Positions 46,121 through 55,976 are shown, numbered from the stretch's first letter. The stretch is 64,000 nucleotides of DNA from Acidobacteriaceae bacterium (GCA_003165075.1 PLSM01000094.1:40130-104129); one strand, 5' to 3'. Numbers and translations: made by a program. Notes: generated by a model from the letters alone, not told the origin.

Positions 46121-48808
46121 ATGCGCGAACATCTGGCTGAACTGCTGAACGACCTCCGCCGATTTGACCGTGGGATTGCGGTGGTTCACTACCGGGGAAA
46201 CCGGCGGCGGGCAACGACGTACGCAGAGCTTGCCCGGTTGGCGGGACGGTTTGCCGCGCTGTTGGCCGCGCGGGACATTGGGCCGGGGGACCGCGTTCTG
46301 CTGTGGGCGGAGAACAGCGCTGAGTGGGTGAGCGCCTTCTATGGCTGCATGCTGCGCGGGGTGCTGGCGGTTCCGCTGGATGCCTATGGAAGCGCGGAGT
46401 TTGCTTCTCGCGTGGCCGCGGACGTGCAGCCACGGCTGGTGATAGGCGACGCGCTGCTGCTGAGCCAACTTGAAGGCATGTGGCCAAAGCTGGTCTTTGA
46501 GGATCTGGCTGGCACGCTACCCACTGAGGAGGCTGGGGCTGTACCCGGCCAGGGCGCGGATACTCCGCTGCAAATTCTCTTTACATCCGGGACAACGGGC
46601 GAGCCCAAAGGCATTGTACATACGCATGGGAACGTGGTCGCCAGCGTATGGCCCATCGAAGAAGCGGCGCAAAGGTATATGCGTTACGAGCGGCTGGTCC
46701 ACCCGCTGCGCTTTTTGCATACCCTGCCGTTGAGCCATGTGTACGGGCAGATGATGGGCATGTGGGTACCGGCAATCTTTGCGGCAGAAGTACACTTTGA
46801 GAGCCGGCTGGTGGCGCCGCGGCTGCTGGAGACGATCAAGCGGGAACGGATCTCAGTGCTGGCGGCGGTGCCGCGTGTCATGGCCCTGCTGAAGACCTAC
46901 CTCGAGACGAGCCAGCCGGGGCTGGCGGAGCGGGTGACAGCCTCGCAAGAGATTGGAGCATGGATGCGGTGGTGGCGCTTTCGCGCCGTGCATCAGGCCT
47001 TTGGGCTGAAGTTCTGGGCGTTGATCTCAGGCGGCGGCGCTCTGCCGGGACCGCTGGAGCAGTTCTGGAACGGGCTGGGATTTGTGGTCGTGCAAGGGTA
47101 CGGGATGACGGAGACTACCGCGCTGATCACGCTCAATCATCCCTTCCACGTAGCGCGCGGAACCTTGGGCAAGCCGCTTCCGGGACGCGAAGTGAAACTT
47201 GGGCCGGACGGCGAAGTACTGGTGCGCGGGCCGGGCATTTCAGGCGCCACGTGGAGCGGTGGCGAGCTGCGACCGCGCGCAGAAGAGTGGCTGGCCACGG
47301 GTGATCTTGCCGAGAGGCAGGCGACGGGCGAGCTGCGTTTCCTGGGGCGCAAGAGCGAGACGATTGTGACCTCGACCGGAGTGAATCTGCACCCTGAAGA
47401 TCTGGAAGCGGCCATCGAGCAAGAGCCGGGCGTTGCGGGCTGCGCGGTGGTGCCGATGGAGACCATCAACGGGCCCGAGGCGTGCGCGGTGCTGGCAGTG
47501 CGAGGCGCTGAGACGCAGGCGGCGAAGGCTGTTGAGCATGCCAATACGCGGTTGGCGGAGTTTCAGCGGGTGCGGCGGTGGGTGCTGTGGCCGGAGCCGG
47601 ATTTGCCGCGCACCTCAACCGGCAAAGTGCGACGGCGAGCGGTGGCGGCGTGGCTGGATGGGATCGTGGCTGCAGCGGCGGGAGGCGCTGGCGCGAAGGC
47701 AGATTTTTCAGCGGCCGGGGACTGGCTGCTGGCGCTGATTGCAGAGATTGCCGGCGAAGCACCGCCGGGTGTGGGCGACGAGTTGCGGTTGGCGGAGGAC
47801 CTGCACCTGGACAGCCTGGGACGCGTGCAACTGGCGGCAGCTATCGAGGAGCGGCTGGGAATGCCGCCGGAAAGCGGGCTACTGGAAGAGGCGCACACAC
47901 TGGGGGATTTGCGCGGGTTGGTTGCCGGAGACGGAGCGGTAAGCAGGAGGAATTACGCGGCTGCCCAGGGCAAAACAGAGACGCAACAAGGTCGAGACGG
48001 CCCCGTCTCCCGCTCTGGTCGCAACAGCAAAGACAACTTAAAGGCGGGACGTCCGGTTGAGGAAGGAATGGGGCATCCCGCAGTGGGGGTGGAGCAGGAG
48101 AGTTACATTTATCCGCATTGGCCGTGGCTAGTGCCGGTTGCGTGGCTGCGAACCGCATTTCAGGAAGCGGTGGCAAGGCCGCTGGTGCGGTTGCTGGCCA
48201 ATCCCCGGGTGACCGGGGCGCACGCACCGGCCGGCGGGGAGCCCATGCTGATCGTGGCCAATCACGTCACGGCCTATGACGGACCCCTGGTGGAGTACGC
48301 ACTGCCGGCGGCGGTGCGGCAGAGAATGGCAGTGGCCATGTCGGGCGAGATGCTAGAGGATTATCGGCACTTTCGCAATCCCGAGGCCGGACCCGGGCAG
48401 CGGCGGTTCATGCTGTCGGGACCGCTGGTCTGGCTGCTGCTGACGGCCCTGTTCAATGTCTTCCCATTGCCGCGGCGGCGGAACTTCGAGCGTAGCTTCC
48501 GGCATACGGGCAAAGCGCTGGATCGAGGGTTCAACGTGCTGGTGTTTCCTGAGGGAACACGCTCGGCGGCGGGGGAGCTGGCACCGTTCCGCCCGGGAAT
48601 TGGGTTGCTGGCGAAGCAGTCGCGGACGGTGGTGCTGCCGGTGGCGATTCGCGGGCTGGGCGAGCTGAAAGTGCAGGGATGGGGATGGTTCCGCTCGGGA
48701 ACAATCGAGGTGCGCGTGGGCGAGCCGCTCCGGTTTGCACACGACGAAAGCGAGACGGCGATTACCGCGCGGCTGCACGCTGAAGTGAAGAGGCTGCTGA
48801 GCGAGTAA
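46121..48808 (+). CDS. AMP-binding acyl ligase / ACP / PlsC acyltransferase fusion (Aas-like)
   Basis: FTSGTTGEPKG; HLDSLGRV phosphopantetheine site; NHVTAYD and FPEGTRS motifs. Confidence 0.9.
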   Translation: MREHLAELLNDLRRFDRGIAVVHYRGNRRRATTYAELARLAGRFAALLAARDIGPGDRVLLWAENSAEWVSAFYGCMLRGVLAVPLDAYGSAEFASRVAADVQPRLVIGDALLLSQLEGMWPKLVFEDLAGTLPTEEAGAVPGQGADTPLQILFTSGTTGEPKGIVHTHGNVVASVWPIEEAAQRYMRYERLVHPLRFLHTLPLSHVYGQMMGMWVPAIFAAEVHFESRLVAPRLLETIKRERISVLAAVPRVMALLKTYLETSQPGLAERVTASQEIGAWMRWWRFRAVHQAFGLKFWALISGGGALPGPLEQFWNGLGFVVVQGYGMTETTALITLNHPFHVARGTLGKPLPGREVKLGPDGEVLVRGPGISGATWSGGELRPRAEEWLATGDLAERQATGELRFLGRKSETIVTSTGVNLHPEDLEAAIEQEPGVAGCAVVPMETINGPEACAVLAVRGAETQAAKAVEHANTRLAEFQRVRRWVLWPEPDLPRTSTGKVRRRAVAAWLDGIVAAAAGGAGAKADFSAAGDWLLALIAEIAGEAPPGVGDELRLAEDLHLDSLGRVQLAAAIEERLGMPPESGLLEEAHTLGDLRGLVAGDGAVSRRNYAAAQGKTETQQGRDGPVSRSGRNSKDNLKAGRPVEEGMGHPAVGVEQESYIYPHWPWLVPVAWLRTAFQEAVARPLVRLLANPRVTGAHAPAGGEPMLIVANHVTAYDGPLVEYALPAAVRQRMAVAMSGEMLEDYRHFRNPEAGPGQRRFMLSGPLVWLLLTALFNVFPLPRRRNFERSFRHTGKALDRGFNVLVFPEGTRSAAGELAPFRPGIGLLAKQSRTVVLPVAIRGLGELKVQGWGWFRSGTIEVRVGEPLRFAHDESETAITARLHAEVKRLLSE

Positions 48809-48956
48809 AGCAGGAGTCCGAGGCCAAGGTCAGTTAGGTGAAGGCTCTGGTTTGTGCGGCCTCAAACGCGATCTGCATCTTAGCGAAACATGCTCTCCAC
48901 CAAGCTTCCAGGTGGCTCGAATTCCAAAATTAGCGAAAAGGAACGGACAAGATCCC

Positions 48957-49727
48957 ATGGGAAACATCACCCGCAGAGACATGTTGGGGCGCTCTTCTCT
49001 TCTGATGGCGTCGATGGGGACAGGGCTACCTTTGACGGCTGCGAATCCGGAGCCTGCGGAAGCAGCGCGCAAGCTAAAGATTGTGGTCGTGGGAGGACAC
49101 CCGGACGACCCTGAATCCGGCTGTGGAGGAACCATCGCGCACTACGCCGGCGAGGGACATGAAGTGGTGATCGTGTACCTTACGCGCGGCGAGAGCGGCA
49201 TCAAGGGAAAGACCATGCAGGAAGCGGCAGCGATTCGCAGCGCGGAGGCCGGGAAAGCTTGCGAGATCCTTCATGCGCGGCCCATCTTCGCTGGCCAGAT
49301 TGACGGTCACACCGAATTGAATCCATCGCTTTACGAGGCCTTCAGGAAGATTCTCGACGTCGAAAATCCCGACGTGGTCTTCACCCATTGGCCCATCGAT
49401 ACGCACCGCGACCATCGGGTTGCGTCTCTGCTGACCTACGACGCCTGGCTGACGGGAGGCAAGAAATTCGATCTTTATTACTTTGAAGTCGAGCAAGGTG
49501 AACAGACCCAGATTTTCCAGCCGACACACTATGTCGACATTTCCACAACCCTGAGCCGCAAGCAGGCAGCATGTTTCGCTCACGCCAGTCAGCATCCTGA
49601 AACGGACTTCTGGCCCCAGCATGAGGCGATGAACCGCTTTCGGGGAATGGAGTGTGGAGTCAAGAATGCAGAAGGGTTCGTCCGGCACTGCCAGAACCAC
49701 GGAATGGACGCTCCGAAGAGGGGATAA
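48957..49727 (+). CDS. PIG-L/LmbE family deacetylase with Tat signal
   Basis: TRRDML leader; HPDDPE and HRDH motifs. Confidence 0.88.
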   Translation: MGNITRRDMLGRSSLLMASMGTGLPLTAANPEPAEAARKLKIVVVGGHPDDPESGCGGTIAHYAGEGHEVVIVYLTRGESGIKGKTMQEAAAIRSAEAGKACEILHARPIFAGQIDGHTELNPSLYEAFRKILDVENPDVVFTHWPIDTHRDHRVASLLTYDAWLTGGKKFDLYYFEVEQGEQTQIFQPTHYVDISTTLSRKQAACFAHASQHPETDFWPQHEAMNRFRGMECGVKNAEGFVRHCQNHGMDAPKRG

Positions 49728-49834
49728 GGGTGCAGCAAAGACCTACCTTGATCGTTGCCGACCCATCGCAGCCCTATGGGGACTGCACGGTGTTGACTGC
49801 CCCACCGTGCAGCACTATCCGTTCTGTGGCCTCG

Positions 49835-50908
49835 TTACTCGTTCGCTAAGTCGTAAAGGTTGGTAGAGAATGCCGCGTAATACGACTCCACCGCCCCACG
49901 ATGGCCATTGCAGCGCGCGTAAAGTTCAAGACCCCGACGGGTAGGAGTTATATCGGCAACTTCCAGGGTCGCAAGGCGCGAAGACTTCTCACTCTTCTTA
50001 ATCAACTCAAGGTTGGAAAGATGTCCAAGATCGCGGTCGATCCTGACGTGTTCGCGCGGGTCTGTCCTCGTAATGATCTCCTGCGCAGAGCAGGAAGGCG
50101 GATGGGAAGGCGTCCACCCATGTTCGGTCCGGGGCTCGGTGGACTTGGAACATACGACGGCCAGAATTTGAGCATGTATGGGTGTAAGTTGACTGAGCGC
50201 GTACACATAAGGCAGATTCGATTCGTCGTTTCCCATGACCGTGCATGAGGTAGCCAGCAGATTCGCCCAGAAATGCTGCAGCCAATCGGGGTCCGCCCAT
50301 GATCCGTCCTCAATTATGCGCACCACGACGCGAGGGTGAGCCAGCAAGCGTGAGGAATCGGGTGCCCACGCCAGCAACTCTTCAGTTTTGAGCGCAATCT
50401 CCACCGCACTCAAAATTCTGAAGTCGCTCGTTCCCTGGTGCATGAATTCCGCGATTTCTCTCGCGGCTTCGGGCGAAATTCGACTTAGAAACGCTAGTGC
50501 TCCGGCCTTGCGGAACTCCCTGAGAATGTCGTCCGGACCCGGTGCCGCATCTTCCTCGGATTTGGCATCCGTTTCCCAAAGGCGCACGTCCATGCCGGTG
50601 GGCAGAACAAAGGAAAAGCCGATTCCATCGTCGCCCCAGCGCACTGCCCTGGCCTGCACCGAAAACCGCCGCTCAGAAACTTTCTCGGGCGGCCCGTGAC
50701 GCTGCAACGTCAGCGAGACCACCTCACCGGGGACCCAGCGATCACGGGTCAAAAGGTAAACCCCGGTCGAACTGATATCCCGAATATCGAATTGCCTCGG
50801 TCCCGAGCCGGCCCAATGATACGCAGCAAGCCCGGGAGCAGTTCGGCGTTCAGGCCTTGGGGGACCCGAATAAGAAGAAGCCTTGATCCATTTACTTAGT
50901 GCAGTCAT
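49835..50908 (-). CDS. PilZ plus Abi-alpha/DUF4393-like fusion, paralog 1
   Basis: RPERR, DISSTG; WANLLATSC, LSQLTPIHAQIL, ITPTRRGLELYARC. Confidence 0.75.
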   Translation of the reverse strand: MTALSKWIKASSYSGPPRPERRTAPGLAAYHWAGSGPRQFDIRDISSTGVYLLTRDRWVPGEVVSLTLQRHGPPEKVSERRFSVQARAVRWGDDGIGFSFVLPTGMDVRLWETDAKSEEDAAPGPDDILREFRKAGALAFLSRISPEAAREIAEFMHQGTSDFRILSAVEIALKTEELLAWAPDSSRLLAHPRVVVRIIEDGSWADPDWLQHFWANLLATSCTVMGNDESNLPYVYALSQLTPIHAQILAVVCSKSTEPRTEHGWTPSHPPSCSAQEIITRTDPREHVRIDRDLGHLSNLELIKKSEKSSRLATLEVADITPTRRGLELYARCNGHRGAVESYYAAFSTNLYDLANE

Positions 50909-51032
50909 GTCACCCCCTGTCGGAAAGATCCATGCATCTGATCCAACCGCTGCGGTCGGGACAGTCGGCCCTGGTCAACTTTCCAATGCCGCAGACAGGT
51001 TAGAGATTTTATCTGAGGAGCATCCTACTCTC

Positions 51033-51074
51033 GTAAATCCCACTTTTGTAGCAGGCTCAGTTACTTCCAGGCAC
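51033..51074 (-). promoter_or_regulatory. Conserved upstream element of the PilZ fusion genes (copy 1)
   Basis: gtaaatcccacttttgtagcagg...cagttactt..aggcac, 125 bp from the start codon. Confidence 0.7.
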
Positions 51075-51241
51075 TACGGTGCCTCTTTAGTGTTACCAGC
51101 GCCTACTCGTGTACAAATGTGACAACGCGCACTCCCCAAAAAGGGAAGTTCTGGCTGCTTGAAAACCGGACTAGACTGCGGGCTTGAACGGGATTGGGCG
51201 GGGAGGCCCGCACGCATGCGCGGGCTCATCCGGCGACAGCT

Positions 51242-52318
51242 TTAAAGTTGAGGCTCGTTGGCAAAAAATACTGCGGCAGGTGTGACTCCAACAAACTCAG
51301 TTGACCCTTCCCGACGACCGCTGCAACGTGCGTGCAACTGTTGACCGAGAGGTGTAGGAGCGATATTGGCGTCTTCTACGGGTGTAAAGCGTGAAGACTT
51401 CACTCTCTTCTCAAGCAAGCCCAGGTCAGACAGATGCTCGAGGTCCCGATCAAGCTTCAACATCTCGCGTGAACCTGTCACCTTCATCATCTCTTCGGGT
51501 GTGCAGGCCAACGAGCGTGGAGAAATCCGTCCAATACCTGAAAAGCCTTGAACTCCCTTGGTGCATGCAGTAGCGAGCATACGAACGTGAATCGGTGTGA
51601 GTTGACTGAGCAGGTTAGCAAAGACCAGGTTCGAATCGTCATTGCCTTCAACGGTGCAGGCTGTGGCCAGAAGCCCGGCCCACATTTGCTGTATCGATTC
51701 ACTGTCAGCCCATGATCCGTCTTCGAGAATGCGCAAGACCAGATCGGCACGAGCGCGCATCCTGGCGGCATCCGGCGCGGATGCCAGGAGCTTTTCGGCT
51801 TTGGCCGCGATCTCCAGCGCGCTTTCGACGCGATAGTTGCTCAATCCTTCGCGGAACAATCGCCGCGCGTCTTCCTCCGCGGCTGGAGATATGCGGCGCA
51901 GAAATGCGAGCGCTTCAGCGACCCGGAACTCCCTCAGGACATCACTCGGATCGGTCAGATCGTCCGCGGTCTTGAGTCGACTCTCCCAAAGATGCAAATC
52001 CGTGCCCGGGGGCAGGACGAAGGACAAACCGACGCCATCTTCGCCCCACCGTATGGCCCGAGCTTGCACCGCAATGCGGCGCTCAGGACTACTCTCCGGC
52101 GGGCCAATCATCTGCAATGTAAGGGAGACCAGTGCACCGGGAGTCCAGCGTTCTTCGGTCAGCAGGTAGACTCCGGTGGAGCTGATATCACGGATGCTGT
52201 TTTGCTTCGGAGCCGAACCAGTCCAGCAGTACGCAGCCAGCCCCGGCACGCTGCGCCGTTCAGGCCTTTGCTGATTCGGAGATGTCGATTTCTCTGACCT
52301 GCCCAGTGATGGATTCAT
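51242..52318 (-). CDS. PilZ plus Abi-alpha/DUF4393-like fusion, paralog 2
   Basis: RPERR, DISSTG; WAGLLATAC, LSQLTPIH, IAPTPLGQQLHARC. Confidence 0.75.
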   Translation of the reverse strand: MNPSLGRSEKSTSPNQQRPERRSVPGLAAYCWTGSAPKQNSIRDISSTGVYLLTEERWTPGALVSLTLQMIGPPESSPERRIAVQARAIRWGEDGVGLSFVLPPGTDLHLWESRLKTADDLTDPSDVLREFRVAEALAFLRRISPAAEEDARRLFREGLSNYRVESALEIAAKAEKLLASAPDAARMRARADLVLRILEDGSWADSESIQQMWAGLLATACTVEGNDDSNLVFANLLSQLTPIHVRMLATACTKGVQGFSGIGRISPRSLACTPEEMMKVTGSREMLKLDRDLEHLSDLGLLEKRVKSSRFTPVEDANIAPTPLGQQLHARCSGRREGSTEFVGVTPAAVFFANEPQL

Positions 52319-52441
52319 ACCGCTCCCATTTGAAAATCGCGAAATTTTAAATGGCGGGGAAGCCGTGGGAAGTTAACCCTTTGCCGCCGCCACGGTCCGC
52401 GCGGCCGGCAAGTAGCTTCTCCTTCAGAAAATCTTACTCCT

Positions 52442-52485
52442 GTAAATCCCACTTTTGTAGCAGGGGGACCAGTTACTTTAGGCAC
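52442..52485 (-). promoter_or_regulatory. Conserved upstream element of the PilZ fusion genes (copy 2)
   Basis: 23-nt block identical to copy 1, 124 bp from the start codon. Confidence 0.7.
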
Positions 52486-52611
52486 GTGATCTGTAAGTTC
52501 TTGGTGTGGGCGCACTTTCGGTCGAGCGGCAATAAAATGCGGTGGCACGTCACGAGGACCCACCCGTGCAATTGGGGGATTTCCGCCCGATCTGCCTCAC
52601 GCGCTTCCGGT

Positions 52612-53676
52612 TCATTCCCCTTGGGCGGTGGTGTAAAAGGTCGCCGGGCTATAAAAACTCTGCACCTCTCCCCGATACGCATTGCAGCGTGCGTTCAGTT
52701 CCAGGCCGAAATCTGTGGGAGTGATAGGGGCGTCTCTGAAGGCCTCGAGGCGTGAGGACATCTCAATCTTCTTGATCAGCTCCATGTTTTCCAGATGCCC
52801 GAGATCCCGATCGATGCGAACCAGTTCGCGCGTATCCATCTTCTCTATAATTTCCGCGACCGAGCTGGAGGGTGGATGGGAGCCCGCCCATCCCGGCTCG
52901 GCCATTGCTTTGGCAGCCTTGGCGCAGATAATGGCGAGGATACGTGCGTGAATGGGTGTGAGCTGACTGAAGACATCGATTAACGCCAGATTCAATGAGC
53001 TGACTTCATCCAAGGTGCAGGAGGTAGCCAGGAGTCCCGCCCAAAAGTGCTGCAGCCACTCGGCTTCAGCCCATGACCCGTCTTCAAAGACCCGCACCAG
53101 GATATCTGGATGGACGCGCATTCGGTCGGTAAGCGATCCAAATGCCAGCAACTCTTCAGCTTTGACCGCAATGGCCAGCGCGCTCGAACATCTTTGACGG
53201 CTCAGACCTTTGCGCATCAGCTGCTCAACTCTCTCAGCAGCATCAGGGGAAATGCGCCGCAGAAAAGCACCGGCTTCGGCGATCCGGAATTCCCTCACGA
53301 CATCTTCCGGATCGACCGCGTCCTCCTCGAATTCCGATGTTTCTTCCCAGAGATGTACTTTCATGCCAGAGGGCAAGACAAACGCCAGGCCCATGCCATC
53401 GTCGCCCCAGCGGACAGTCCTTGCCTTCAAGTCAAAACGGCGCTCGGGACTCAGCTCCGGCGGCCCATCTTTTTGCAGGGACAGCGAGACCAGATCACCC
53501 GGTATCCAGCGCTCCGGAGTCTCCAGGTATACCCCTGTCGAGCTGATGTCCTTGATGGGGACCGCCACCGGATTTGAGCTGTTCGTCTTGTATGCTGTCA
53601 GACCAGGCGCGGGCCGCCGTGCGGGCCTTCGGTGACGGGCATACGAAGGCTTGATCCATTTGCTGAGTGGGCTCAT
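52612..53676 (-). CDS. PilZ plus Abi-alpha/DUF4393-like fusion, paralog 3
   Basis: RRPARR, DISSTG; WAGLLATSC, FSQLTPIHARIL, ITPTDFGLELNARC. Confidence 0.75.
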   Translation of the reverse strand: MSPLSKWIKPSYARHRRPARRPAPGLTAYKTNSSNPVAVPIKDISSTGVYLETPERWIPGDLVSLSLQKDGPPELSPERRFDLKARTVRWGDDGMGLAFVLPSGMKVHLWEETSEFEEDAVDPEDVVREFRIAEAGAFLRRISPDAAERVEQLMRKGLSRQRCSSALAIAVKAEELLAFGSLTDRMRVHPDILVRVFEDGSWAEAEWLQHFWAGLLATSCTLDEVSSLNLALIDVFSQLTPIHARILAIICAKAAKAMAEPGWAGSHPPSSSVAEIIEKMDTRELVRIDRDLGHLENMELIKKIEMSSRLEAFRDAPITPTDFGLELNARCNAYRGEVQSFYSPATFYTTAQGE

Positions 53677-53800
53677 GCTGTTCTCCCGCCTGAATGCGCC
53701 GGACAGTTCCTGGGTCCGGTGGAGATTGGAGGTTCAACTTTAGCACAGACTCCAACTCCCCAGCCCGGGAGATGATTCTCTGTTGTGCAGTTTACCTTTG

Positions 53801-53824
53801 GTCAATCCCACCTTGGCAATAAGG
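53801..53824 (-). promoter_or_regulatory. Degenerate upstream element of the PilZ fusion genes (copy 3)
   Basis: gtcaatcccaccttggcaataagg, 125 bp from the start codon. Confidence 0.5.
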
Positions 53825-54044
53825 GCCATGAAGTTGAGAACCAAGGTACTAATCCCCCAAGCGGAGATCGGGGGGCAAGTTAAGCCAATGTACCGGCGAA
53901 GGTCCATTGGGATCGCTACATCGAGAACGCCCGCCTGGGACGAGAAAACGAGATAAGAGATTCGAAATCAGAGGGACAGAGAGCGGTGCCTCTTTTTGCC
54001 CCGGCATGTACAGCGGGAGCGGGAATGCGATAGCCTCATGGTTC

Positions 54045-54488
54045 ATGGTTCCTGCGGATCAAAATACAAGCCATTCCAACGGGCCCCTGGATGCGGCACT
54101 GGAGAGCCTGCTGGGCATGGCACGCCAGGCAGCTCTGCACAGCTACGCGCCGTACTCGGGCTTCAGAGTGGGGGCGGCACTGCGCCTGACCAACGGTGAG
54201 ACGGTGACCGGAACCAATGTGGAGAACGTGAGCTATGGTCTCACCATCTGCGCGGAGCGTGCGGCCCTGGTGCAGGCGGTGAGCGAGTTCGGGCCGCAGA
54301 TTCGCGTAGAGGCAGTGGCCATCGCCAATCTGAATGAAGCCGCGAGCCCACCCTGCGGCGCATGCCGGCAGGTACTGGCAGAGTTCATATTGCCCGAGGC
54401 GCCGGTGGTGTTTCCCGCTGCCGGCGGGATGCGGGTAATGCCCTTCTCCGCCCTGATGCCGCTGGCGTTTGAGATGAAGTTGAAGTAG
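54045..54488 (+). CDS. cdd: Cytidine deaminase
   Basis: YAPYSGFRVGAA, CAE and PCGACRQ motifs. Confidence 0.92.
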   Translation: MVPADQNTSHSNGPLDAALESLLGMARQAALHSYAPYSGFRVGAALRLTNGETVTGTNVENVSYGLTICAERAALVQAVSEFGPQIRVEAVAIANLNEAASPPCGACRQVLAEFILPEAPVVFPAAGGMRVMPFSALMPLAFEMKLK

Positions 54489-54557
54489 ATCCGTAAGGGG
54501 GCGATGCTTCACCTTGCGAGAATGCCAACAGCCCGGAAATCAAGGAGCCAATCGCTG

Positions 54558-55976
54558 ATGTCTGCGAATGCCGCTGCGCCGCTGCACATGATCGACCTCA
54601 TCCGTAAAAAGCGCGATGGCAGAGCGCTGGACGCGCGCGAGATCGAATTTCTGGCAGCGGGAGCGGCGGACGGAACGATTCCGCAGGAACAGCTTGCGGC
54701 GTGGCTGATGGCGGCATGGCTGCAGGGGCTGACGGTAGAGGAGACACGAGCTCTGACCGTTGCCATGCGCGACTCGGGCGAAAAGTTCGATCCGTCGCGG
54801 CTGGGCAAAGTGGCCGTAGACAAGCATTCAACGGGCGGCGTGGGCGACAAGACTAGCTTTCTGGTAGCTCCACTGGCCGCTGCTTGCGGGCTCGCAGTGC
54901 CCATGATCAGCGGACGTGCGCTGGGGCATACGGGTGGAACCCTGGACAAGCTGGAGGCGATTCCCGGCTTCAGGTCGGCGCTCTCGCTCGATGAATTCGA
55001 GACCGTCCTGGCGCGGTGCGGAGCCGCAATTGTGAGCCAGACGCCGGCGCTGGTTCCCGCCGACCGCGTGCTGTATGCGCTGCGCGACCGGACCGGGACG
55101 GTAGAGAGTCCGGGGCTGATTTGTGCCTCGATTTTGAGCAAAAAGCTGGCCGCAGGTCTGGATGCGCTTGTGCTGGATGTGAAAACGGGCTCGGGTGCGT
55201 TTCTGCGCCGGCGCGAGGACGCCGAATACCTGGCCGCGCTGATGGTAGCCACGGCCGAGGCCGCGGGAACGCGCACTGTGGCCCTGATGACGGATATGGG
55301 ACAACCGCTGGGACGCATGGCGGGTAACTGGATCGAGTTGGTGGAGTGCGTGGAGTTGCTGCGCGGCGAGCGGCCGGCCGGCAGCGAGGACTTACGCGAG
55401 CTGTCGTTGACGCTGGCCGGCTGGATGATCATGTTGGGCGGCAAGGCAGAGACGCCCGAGGCAGGCTACCGCATGGCCGAGGCTGCGCTGACAGATGGCG
55501 CGGCGCTGGCCACATTTTGCAAGATGGTCGATGCCCAGGGAGGGGATGTCGCGGTCTTCGATGACCTGAAGGGGTTCCACAAGCCAGGCGCGACAAGCGT
55601 GCTGAAGGCTTGGGAGAGCGGGTTCATTGCGGAGATGGACACCAGCGCGCTGGGCTGGGCAGTACAGCGCCTGGGCGCGGGACGCGAGAAGGCCGGCGGA
55701 GCCGGGGCCCCCAGCGACAGGTCCTCGTCGCTGGGGTTGGAACCCGTCGACCCCCATGCGGGCATTGAATTCCATGCGCGGCGCGGGGCGACGGTGGAGC
55801 GGGGCGAGCCGCTGGCGACTCTGTATGCCACCCGGGTGGAGATGATGGCGGAGCCGATGGAACTGATGAAGAAAGCCATCGTGATTGCCGATGTTCCGCC
55901 CGAAGATGTGCCTCTGCTGAGCCATATCTTTACCCGTGAAAATGCGGAGGCATATCTACGCGATGCGATAAGGTAG
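54558..55976 (+). CDS. pdp: Pyrimidine-nucleoside (thymidine) phosphorylase
   Basis: DKHSTGGVGDK, MISGRALGHTGGT, SILSKK motifs. Confidence 0.92.
   Translation: MSANAAAPLHMIDLIRKKRDGRALDAREIEFLAAGAADGTIPQEQLAAWLMAAWLQGLTVEETRALTVAMRDSGEKFDPSRLGKVAVDKHSTGGVGDKTSFLVAPLAAACGLAVPMISGRALGHTGGTLDKLEAIPGFRSALSLDEFETVLARCGAAIVSQTPALVPADRVLYALRDRTGTVESPGLICASILSKKLAAGLDALVLDVKTGSGAFLRRREDAEYLAALMVATAEAAGTRTVALMTDMGQPLGRMAGNWIELVECVELLRGERPAGSEDLRELSLTLAGWMIMLGGKAETPEAGYRMAEAALTDGAALATFCKMVDAQGGDVAVFDDLKGFHKPGATSVLKAWESGFIAEMDTSALGWAVQRLGAGREKAGGAGAPSDRSSSLGLEPVDPHAGIEFHARRGATVERGEPLATLYATRVEMMAEPMELMKKAIVIADVPPEDVPLLSHIFTRENAEAYLRDAIR
55709..55736. repeat. 10-bp-stem palindrome inside the pdp coding sequence
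   Basis: ccccagcgac-aggtcctc-gtcgctgggg. Confidence 0.75.
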
